From contig OY764216.1 in assembly GCA_963668315.1 (NCBI GenBank), forward strand, positions 2,389,013 through 2,421,012: 32,000 nucleotides of DNA, read 5' to 3'. Origin of the DNA: Spirochaetia bacterium (GTDB taxonomy: Bacteria; Spirochaetota; Spirochaetia; DSM-2461). Position 1 is the stretch's first letter. Every line of letters begins with the position of its first letter. The position numbers and the translations under genes are program-made. Shown here piece after piece: positions 24,972-32,000 of this stretch. Below the pieces are notes generated by a model. It saw nothing but the letters and a program-made list of their open reading frames with translations, was not told the DNA's origin and did not search any database.

Positions 24972-25831
24972 CAACCGGCAATTACCTACTGGACCAGCTG
25001 ACCATACCGGCAAAGAGAAAGAACCTTATCTTCAACATCATAGCCCTCGCGATAACGGTGGTTTATCTTTTTCCCATATACTGGCTTATCATGATGTCCT
25101 TCAAGTCCGACACGGAGACCTTCGGCAAGGTTCTGACCTACTTTCCCCGGGACTTCACCTTTGAACCGTGGCTGGAAAATCTTCGGGATAAGGATCTGCT
25201 CACGTCCATAAGGAACAGCGCCATTATTGCCACCCTGTCCATGACCCTGTCCCTGACTTTCGGCGTCACCGCCGCCTACGGAATGGGACGGTACCGAATT
25301 CCCGGGACCTGGCTGTTCCTTCTGGCTTTTCTGGTGACCCAGATGCTGCCCCCCTCTCTGATGCTGACCCCCATGTACCTGATCTTCAACAAATTGGGAT
25401 TACTGGAGACCTTTGTGGCGCCGGCCATCGCCGTGGCATCAGGATCGATTCCCTTTATCGTGGTGACACTCAGGCCCTACTTCAAGAGCGTCCCTGTCGC
25501 CCTGGACGATGCGGCCCGTATTGACGGCTGCAACGTATTCCGCGCCTTTTTCGAGATTATGGTTCCCGCCATCAAAACGGGAATCATCACCGTCGCCATT
25601 ATCAGCTTTCTCCACGGCTGGAATGATCTAGCCTATTCCATGACTTTCAACGTGCAGCCCGAAATGAGACCGCTGACGGCGAATATTTACAAATTCCAGA
25701 GTAAATACGGCACCCGATGGAACTGTATCATGGCCTACGGGGTCATTCTGGTGATACCGGTTATCCTGCTGTTTGTCTTCATGCAGAGATATATCGTGGG
25801 CGGACTTACCGCCGGTTCCGTCAAGGAATAG
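24968..25831 (+). CDS. ABC sugar transporter permease (MalG/LacG-like), 287 aa
   Basis: The EAA loop is LDDAARIDGCNVFRAFFEIMVPAIKTG. The start overlaps the preceding stop (ATGA at 24968-24971). Confidence 0.9.
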   Translation: MTTGNYLLDQLTIPAKRKNLIFNIIALAITVVYLFPIYWLIMMSFKSDTETFGKVLTYFPRDFTFEPWLENLRDKDLLTSIRNSAIIATLSMTLSLTFGVTAAYGMGRYRIPGTWLFLLAFLVTQMLPPSLMLTPMYLIFNKLGLLETFVAPAIAVASGSIPFIVVTLRPYFKSVPVALDDAARIDGCNVFRAFFEIMVPAIKTGIITVAIISFLHGWNDLAYSMTFNVQPEMRPLTANIYKFQSKYGTRWNCIMAYGVILVIPVILLFVFMQRYIVGGLTAGSVKE

Positions 25832-25885
25832 AAGAGACAAGAGAAATTAGACTGACTCAGCTTTAACAAGGAAGGAGAGATTTTT

Positions 25886-27949
25886 ATGGAAGATTACACG
25901 AAAGATGAGCCCCTTTTAGGGGAATTTTATGAGGATTCGGGGAAGCTCTGGTACTCCTATGATGCCGAAAAGGTGTGCATCGAAGGGTGGGGAAAGAACA
26001 GTCTGAGGGTCAGAGGCACCATGCTGCCCGAGATGCCTCGGGACGACTGGGCCCTTTCGGAACCGGTTGACGCCTCATCAAAAATAAAAATAGACGGGAC
26101 TACGGCTACCATTGAAAACGGAAAGATCCGGGCCGAGATAAACAATATCGGGCGCCTCTGTTTCTATAACAGCAAAGGAAAACTGCTCATGAAAGAGTAC
26201 GTGAGAAACAGGAAAACCTTCCAGGGCGAGACTTGCAGCTCCCTGGAGGTGGAAGCCCGGGAGTACAAACCCATTATCGGCGGCCCCTATCAGATCACCC
26301 TGCGCATGGAGACCGATCAGGACGAAAAAATCTACGGCATGGGCCAGTATCAGCAGCCCTATCTGGATGTGAAAGGATGCGACCTGGAGCTGGCCCATAG
26401 GAACTCTCAGGCCAGTATTCCCTTCGCCCTCTCCTCGGCAGGTTACGGTTTTCTCTGGAATAATCCCGCCGTGGGCCGGGCCGTGTTCGGGAAGAACCTG
26501 ACCACCTGGGAGGCGCTCTCCTCGGAAAAACTGGACTACTGGATCACCGCCGGGGACACCCCCGCCGAAATTGAAGAGGCCTACGCCGATGTGACGGGAA
26601 AGGTTCCCATGATGCCCGATTATGCCATGGGGTTCTGGCAGTGCAAGCTGCGCTATCAGACCCAGGAGGAGCTTCTGGAAATAGCCCGGGAGTACAAGAG
26701 AAGGAAGCTGCCCATTTCTGTCATCGTGGTGGATTTTTTCCATTGGCCCCTCCAGGGTGACTGGAAATTCGACGCCACCTACTGGCCCGATCCGGACGCT
26801 ATGATCAAGGAGCTCAAGGAGATGGGGATCGAGCTGATGGTTTCCATCTGGCCCACGGTGGATTACCGGAGCGAGAATTTCGCCGAGATGAAGAGCAAGG
26901 GCTATCTTATCAGAACAGAGAAGGGGTTCCGCATCTCCATGGACTTCCAGGGGAATACGGTTCACTACGACCCGACCAATCCGGACGCCCGCAAGTACGT
27001 CTGGAACAAGGCGAAGGACAATTACTATAAGAAAGGGATCAAACTGTTCTGGCTCGATGAGGCGGAGCCGGAGTATTCGGTCTATGATTTCGAGAACTAC
27101 CGCTACCATAAGGGTCCCAATATTCAGGTGGGGAATATCTATCCCCTCATGTACGCCAAGACCTTCTTCGACGGTATGCAGGCTGAGGGGCAGGAGAATA
27201 TCATCAACCTTCTGCGATGCGCCTGGGCCGGTTCCCAGAAATACGGCGCCCTGGTCTGGTCCGGGGATATTCACTCCACCTTCGAAAGCCTGAGGAATCA
27301 GTATGCCGCGGGTCTGAACATGGGGCTTTCGGGAATCCCCTGGTGGACCACGGATATAGGCGGATTTTTCGGAGCCGATATCAAGGATAAGAATTTCCAC
27401 GAGTGTCTGGTCCGCTGGTTCCAGTTCGGCGCCTTCTGTCCGGTCATGCGCCTGCACGGCTACCGCTGGCCCCTGCAGCCCCAGGTCGGGACGACGGGAG
27501 GGGCCACCTGTATCTCCGGCGCTCCCAATGAGGTCTGGACCTACGGGCAGGAAGTTTACGACATCTGTTCCAATTTCCTGACCCTCCGGGAGAAAATGAA
27601 GGGCTATATTTCGGATGTCATGAAAGAAGCCCACGAAAAGGGGACTCCTGTCATGCGGCCTCTCTTTTACGACTTTTCCGGCGATGAGAAAACCTGGCAG
27701 ATCGAGAACGAGCATATGTTCGGCCCCGGTATTCTGGTCGCTCCGGTTCTGCACAGCGGCCAGCGAGCGAGGACAGTGTATCTTCCCGCCGGTGAGGTGT
27801 GGACCGATTACTGGACGGGAAAGACCTACGAAGGGGGAAAACAGATAGAAGTGGAAGCCCCCCTGTCGGTAATTCCCTTCTTCATCCGCAAAGGATACGA
27901 TCCGGTCGATAAAACAGTCGTTATCGATTCCCTTCCCTTTGAGGCCTGA
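25886..27949 (+). CDS. Glycoside hydrolase family 31 (alpha-xylosidase/alpha-glucosidase-like), 687 aa
   Basis: The catalytic-domain motifs are FWLDEAEPE and GIPWWTTDIGGF. The size and N-terminal beta-sandwich also fit GH31. SD GGAAGGAGAG precedes the ATG. Confidence 0.8.
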   Translation: MEDYTKDEPLLGEFYEDSGKLWYSYDAEKVCIEGWGKNSLRVRGTMLPEMPRDDWALSEPVDASSKIKIDGTTATIENGKIRAEINNIGRLCFYNSKGKLLMKEYVRNRKTFQGETCSSLEVEAREYKPIIGGPYQITLRMETDQDEKIYGMGQYQQPYLDVKGCDLELAHRNSQASIPFALSSAGYGFLWNNPAVGRAVFGKNLTTWEALSSEKLDYWITAGDTPAEIEEAYADVTGKVPMMPDYAMGFWQCKLRYQTQEELLEIAREYKRRKLPISVIVVDFFHWPLQGDWKFDATYWPDPDAMIKELKEMGIELMVSIWPTVDYRSENFAEMKSKGYLIRTEKGFRISMDFQGNTVHYDPTNPDARKYVWNKAKDNYYKKGIKLFWLDEAEPEYSVYDFENYRYHKGPNIQVGNIYPLMYAKTFFDGMQAEGQENIINLLRCAWAGSQKYGALVWSGDIHSTFESLRNQYAAGLNMGLSGIPWWTTDIGGFFGADIKDKNFHECLVRWFQFGAFCPVMRLHGYRWPLQPQVGTTGGATCISGAPNEVWTYGQEVYDICSNFLTLREKMKGYISDVMKEAHEKGTPVMRPLFYDFSGDEKTWQIENEHMFGPGILVAPVLHSGQRARTVYLPAGEVWTDYWTGKTYEGGKQIEVEAPLSVIPFFIRKGYDPVDKTVVIDSLPFEA

Positions 27950-27975
27950 TTATAATAGAGCTGAGGAGGAAGTTT

Positions 27976-29994
27976 ATGATTTATCTTAAAAATAACCGTC
28001 TTTACAGGCGGCAGGACAAGGAGCTCCTATGCATCGAGCCCTGGGGAAGCAACAGTCTGAGGATTCGGGCGACCCAGAACCGGGACTTTGCTTCTGAGGA
28101 GCTGTCGGCCCTGCTGCCTGCGGCGGAGGTGGAACAGAAATCAGAGGTGACCCTGGATATCGCGCCGGAGAAGGATCGGGCAACCGTGGTGAACGGTCAT
28201 ATTTCCTGTCGGGTGACGAGGTCGGGCAAGCTGATTTTCCGGAATGGAAAGGGCGATGTTATTCTGGAGGAGTTTTTCCGGAACCGTATAGGCAATGATG
28301 AGGAGAACCCCTACAACAGCGCCCTGGAGATCTCTCCCCGGGAACTGGCCCCCCTGCAAGGCACGGATAACTACGCCGCTCTGCTCCGCTTCGAATCGAA
28401 TGACGATGAGAGGTTCTACGGCATGGGCCAGTACCAGCAGCCCTATCTGAATCTGAAAGGCTGCGTGATGGAACTGGCCCAGCGCAATTCCCAGGCCAGC
28501 GTGCCCTTTGCTCTGTCCAGCCGGGGATACGGCTTTCTGTGGAACAATCCGGCCATCGGAAAGGCGACCTTCGGGAAAAACCTGACCGAATGGTCCGCCC
28601 GGTCCACCAAGCAGATCGATTACTGGATCACCGCCGGCGATACCCCCGCGGAAATCATGGAAGCCTACGGCAACGCGACCGGCACGGTACCGATGATGCC
28701 CGATTACGCCATGGGGTTCTGGCAGTGCAAGCTGCGCTATCAGACCCAGGAAGAGCTGCTGGAGGTGGCCCGGGAGTACAAGAGAAGGGGAGTGCCCCTC
28801 TCGGTTATCGTGGCCGATTTCTTCCACTGGCCCTTTCAGGGGGACTGGAAGTTCGATCCCGAGTACTGGCCCGATCCGGAAGCCATGACGAAGGAACTGG
28901 CCGACATGGGGGTCAAGCTGATGGTTTCCATCTGGCCCACCGTGGAGAAGGGCAGCGAGAACTTTTCCGAGCTGGAGGAGAGGGGTTTTCTCACGAGGAC
29001 CGAAGCGGGATCGCGGATGAACCAGCTGGGGGACGCCTGTTTCTTCGACGCCACCAATCCGGAGGCCCGAAGCTATGTGTGGGGAAAAATAAAGAAGAAC
29101 TACTACGACAAGGGGATACCCCTCTTCTGGCTGGACGAGGCGGAGCCGGAGTTTACCGACTACGAGTATTCCCATTACCGCTACCATCTGGGTTCCGATC
29201 TGGAAGTGGGAAATCTCTATCCCCGGCTCTATGCCCGGATGGCCTATGACGGCCTGAGGGAGGAGGGGGTGGATAATCCCATCAGCCTTCTGCGCTGCGC
29301 CTGGGCCGGTTCCCAGAGGATGGGAGCCCTCGTCTGGTCGGGGGATATCGATTCCAGCTTCCGTTCTCTACGGTATCAGCTCGCGGCGGGACTGAACATG
29401 GGTTTGTCCGGGATTCCCTGGTGGACGACGGATATCGGGGGATTCCACGGGGGAAACATCCATGACGAATCCTTCCACGAGTGTCTGGTACGCTGGTTTC
29501 AGTTCGGCGCTTTCTGTCCCGTATTCCGGCTTCACGGGTTCCGGGAACCCTTCAAGGAAGCCCTCTCCGATTCGGGGGGCGGGAGAATGTTCAGCGGTGC
29601 GGAAAACGAGATATGGAGTTACGGCGACAAAATCTACGGGATCTGCGAGAAGTACATTCGCCTGCGCGAGGTCATGAGGCCCTATATCAAAGGGGTTATG
29701 GAGGAGGCCCATAAAAAGGGAGCTCCGGTCATGCGTCCCCTGTTCTACGATTTTCCCGGGGATAGGGAAGCGTGGGATATAGAGGATCAGTACATGTTCG
29801 GCCCGGATATTCTGGTGAATCCCGTTCTGGAAGAGAGGATGACGGAACGGTCCGTTTACGTTCCCGAAGGGGAGTGGAGGCATCTTCTGGATGGCGAAAT
29901 CATCACCGGCCCGAAGAGGGTCACGCTGAAATCTCCCCTGGAGTATATGCCCGTTCTTGTCAGAAAGGGGGCTCTGCCCGATCTCCTCTGGTAG
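27976..29994 (+). CDS. Glycoside hydrolase family 31, tandem paralog, 672 aa
   Basis: It is collinear with 25886-27949 and carries the same motifs (FWLDEAEPE, GIPWWTTDIGGF). SD GAGGAGG precedes the ATG. Confidence 0.8.
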   Translation: MIYLKNNRLYRRQDKELLCIEPWGSNSLRIRATQNRDFASEELSALLPAAEVEQKSEVTLDIAPEKDRATVVNGHISCRVTRSGKLIFRNGKGDVILEEFFRNRIGNDEENPYNSALEISPRELAPLQGTDNYAALLRFESNDDERFYGMGQYQQPYLNLKGCVMELAQRNSQASVPFALSSRGYGFLWNNPAIGKATFGKNLTEWSARSTKQIDYWITAGDTPAEIMEAYGNATGTVPMMPDYAMGFWQCKLRYQTQEELLEVAREYKRRGVPLSVIVADFFHWPFQGDWKFDPEYWPDPEAMTKELADMGVKLMVSIWPTVEKGSENFSELEERGFLTRTEAGSRMNQLGDACFFDATNPEARSYVWGKIKKNYYDKGIPLFWLDEAEPEFTDYEYSHYRYHLGSDLEVGNLYPRLYARMAYDGLREEGVDNPISLLRCAWAGSQRMGALVWSGDIDSSFRSLRYQLAAGLNMGLSGIPWWTTDIGGFHGGNIHDESFHECLVRWFQFGAFCPVFRLHGFREPFKEALSDSGGGRMFSGAENEIWSYGDKIYGICEKYIRLREVMRPYIKGVMEEAHKKGAPVMRPLFYDFPGDREAWDIEDQYMFGPDILVNPVLEERMTERSVYVPEGEWRHLLDGEIITGPKRVTLKSPLEYMPVLVRKGALPDLLW

Positions 29995-29995
29995 G

Positions 29996-30032
29996 AAAAA
30001 CGGTCCGCCTTCCGGTTCCGGGAGGCGGGCCG
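29996..30032 (-). terminator. Intrinsic terminator between the convergent GH31 and response-regulator genes
   Basis: CGGTCCGCCT (30001-30010) pairs with AGGCGGGCCG (30023-30032), a 10-bp stem with one G-U pair and a 12-nt loop. On the minus strand it is followed by U5 (rc 29996-30000). Confidence 0.7.
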
Positions 30033-30042
30033 CTCTCGGGAG

Positions 30043-30780
30043 TCAGCAGTTTCTCTCGAAGGATGTGAGGCTCATGCCGGTGATCTCCTTGAACACGCGG
30101 GAGAAATACTTGGGATCGGTGAAGCCCACATGGTGGGCGATATCCGCTTTGTTCAGCTGCTTCTCCTTGAAGAGCTTCACCGCCAGGCCTATCCGGTAGC
30201 GTTTGAGGTAGTTGCTGAAGGTCTCTCCCGTATCCCTGTGGAAAAGATAGCTCAGGTACTCCTTGGTGATGCCCAGCTCATCGGCAATGCTCTCCTGGGT
30301 AATGGAGGCGGCATGGCTCTGCTCAATCAGCTTTATGGCATTGATCACATGGGGGCTGGCATGGGGAAAATCCTGGGATATCTCCAGGCTGCGGCTGAGA
30401 TCCTCCTCCCTGCCTTCCTTGAAGGACACCCTGTTGAGGGCTTTCTGCACGTCCTCCAGGGTGACCGGTTTCACAAGATAGTCGACAACGCCCAGGGACA
30501 GGGCCTTTCTGGCCGTATCAAACTGCTCGTAGGCGCTTATGATGATAAAGCGGGGTATGTTTGTAAAGGACTGGGCCGCTTCGATAAGGGTCATCCCGTC
30601 CATGAAAGGCATGCGCAGATCGGTGAAGACCACATCGGGCTTGGTCAGGTTTATCTCTTCCAGAGCTTTGACGCCGTTGGCCACCATGGATACCACCTGG
30701 CAGTCCCGCGAGGCGCTTTGAATGAGATTGGACAATCCCTGACGCGCTCTCTGTTCGTCCTCCACCACCATGACTCTCAT
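30043..30780 (-). CDS. Response regulator with AraC-type HTH output (YesN-like), 245 aa
   Basis: The receiver domain reads MRVMVVEDE...DVVFTDLRMPFMDGM...ISAY. The C-terminal AraC HTH reads LGITKEYLSYLFHRDTGETFSNYLKRYRI...IAHHVGFTDPKYFSRVFKE. Confidence 0.9.
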   Translation of the reverse strand: MRVMVVEDEQRARQGLSNLIQSASRDCQVVSMVANGVKALEEINLTKPDVVFTDLRMPFMDGMTLIEAAQSFTNIPRFIIISAYEQFDTARKALSLGVVDYLVKPVTLEDVQKALNRVSFKEGREEDLSRSLEISQDFPHASPHVINAIKLIEQSHAASITQESIADELGITKEYLSYLFHRDTGETFSNYLKRYRIGLAVKLFKEKQLNKADIAHHVGFTDPKYFSRVFKEITGMSLTSFERNC

Positions 30781-32000
30781 GCCGATACCTCCCCTTCCGC
30801 CGGAAGGGGCAGACTGAATTCAAAGGCGATGCCCCCTCCCGTTTCCTTTTTCAGACTTATCCGGGCGTTCTCTCCGTAATAAAGCCTGATCCGCATGACG
30901 GCATTGGATATGCCTATGCCCCTGTCCTTTTCGTCGGTACCCATAGGATCAGCCAGAATCCCTTCTATCCTGTCCATCCCTGCCTCCTCCATTCCCCGGC
31001 CGTTATCGGAAATTTCCAGAAGAAGCTTCTCTTCGCTCTTCGTGCCGGTTATGCGGATCATCCCGCCCTTTTCGTACCCTCCGAAACCGTGGATGATGGA
31101 ATTCTCCACAAAGGGCTGGAGCATCAGTTTGCAGCAGGGCCAGTCCAGAACGGACCAGTCGACATCAATGGAATAATCAAACAGCTCCCCATGGCGGTTC
31201 TTCTGAAGGAAAAGATACTGTTCCACCCAGTCTATCTCATCCTTGAGAGTGACGTTCCGGTCATGGTAGAGGGAGTAACGGAGGATATTGGACAGGTTTT
31301 TTATCTGGTGGGAAATCCTGAGGTTGCCCGACTCTATGGCATCGTAGTTGATGCAGTTGAGCGTATTGAGGAGGAAATGGGAATTGATCTGGGAATCGAG
31401 GGCCTTTCTCTCGGCTTCCTGCTTCCTCTCCAGAGACTCAATGGCCTCCCGGTTGTACTCGTAGACTTTCCGGTTCATCTCCTTGAGGGAGGCTATCATG
31501 TTATTGTACTCTTCGGCCAGTTTCCATATCTCGTTCATTCCCTCTATGGGAATCTCACTGTCGAAGTTCCCCGCCTTCAGTTTCCCGATGGAGGAGGCGA
31601 TTTCGTTCACCGGATGTTTTACGGCCCTGAAAAGCATGATCATGAAAATGGAGACGACGATAAAAATAAAGATATAGAACACCACGCCCCTGTAGTTTAT
31701 CGCATTCATCTGGTGCAGGAGTTTTCCCTCGTCAATGGCAATATTCAGGGTCATCCCCGTGGATCCGGTGACTTCGCTGATCAGGGAGATATCCTCCTGC
31801 TTTGTTATACTGACATTCGTGGACCAGCCGATAAGCTCCTTGTTGTTGTGGTATAGTATCTGATTGTTGCCGTCGGTTATAAAACCTTCCGCGATCGTCC
31901 GGCTCTCGGCATTGATGATATTCAGGGTGTCTTCAATGGCCCTGTTGTCAAAGGAGACGGATATGGCATAATCGGTCTCTTTGAAACTTTTCTCTCCCTT
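30777..32000 (-). CDS. Sensor histidine kinase (YesM-like), 3' part; CDS continues past the right edge
   Basis: A TM helix and HAMP domain are followed by the His-kinase region (LDSQINSHFLLNTLNCI) and HATPase_c (NSIIHG, DNGRGM, GIGISN). I translated the same frame by hand from 31755 to 32000 and found no stop, so the real start lies outside the window and the track Met at 31754 is internal. The stop overlaps the regulator start (ATGA). Confidence 0.9.
   Translation of the reverse strand, partial: KGEKSFKETDYAISVSFDNRAIEDTLNIINAESRTIAEGFITDGNNQILYHNNKELIGWSTNVSITKQEDISLISEVTGSTGMTLNIAIDEGKLLHQMNAINYRGVVFYIFIFIVVSIFMIMLFRAVKHPVNEIASSIGKLKAGNFDSEIPIEGMNEIWKLAEEYNNMIASLKEMNRKVYEYNREAIESLERKQEAERKALDSQINSHFLLNTLNCINYDAIESGNLRISHQIKNLSNILRYSLYHDRNVTLKDEIDWVEQYLFLQKNRHGELFDYSIDVDWSVLDWPCCKLMLQPFVENSIIHGFGGYEKGGMIRITGTKSEEKLLLEISDNGRGMEEAGMDRIEGILADPMGTDEKDRGIGISNAVMRIRLYYGENARISLKKETGGGIAFEFSLPLPAEGEVSA

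Overview
The window looks like spirochaete chromosome. It has two tandem FlaB-type core flagellins of about 285 aa, a PlzA-like PilZ protein and relaxed lipoboxes. Bases 1-13400 form one long minus-strand run, listed here left to right: FlaG-like gene (partial), flaB, flaB, TPR protein, PilZ protein, a candidate 6S-like RNA, zapA, zapB-like gene, rplT, rpmI, infC, DEAD-box helicase, lipoprotein, M55 D-aminopeptidase, S66 LD-carboxypeptidase, metG. Next comes a visibly AT-rich block with an outer-membrane beta-barrel protein, a methyl-accepting chemotaxis protein (MCP) and an apparently intact IS1-family element. A plus-strand carbohydrate block follows: clan GH-A hydrolase, map, PfkB kinase, two orphan ORFs, a CUT1-type ABC binding protein with two permeases, and two tandem GH31 paralogs. 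It ends at a convergent YesN/YesM-type two-component pair whose kinase runs off the right edge. I saw no rRNA, tRNA, CRISPR array or recognisable defence or toxin cluster, and I did not find a convincing new multi-gene system. The best unexplained or unannotated signals are: (1) a rod-with-central-bubble RNA fold downstream of zapA (6S-like); (2) an identical GGGCAAGGAUGCCC hairpin in both flaB leaders (CsrA-type site); (3) a 61-aa membrane ORF with a strong Shine-Dalgarno (SD) site that overlaps the 3' end of the convergent peptidase gene; (4) a 160-nt island of about 72% GC between an outer-membrane gene terminator and metG; (5) a terminator-like hairpin inside the infC leader. Several ORF-track start sites were moved on SD, promoter or signal-peptide evidence. 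All product calls rest on motifs read by eye, with no database searches.
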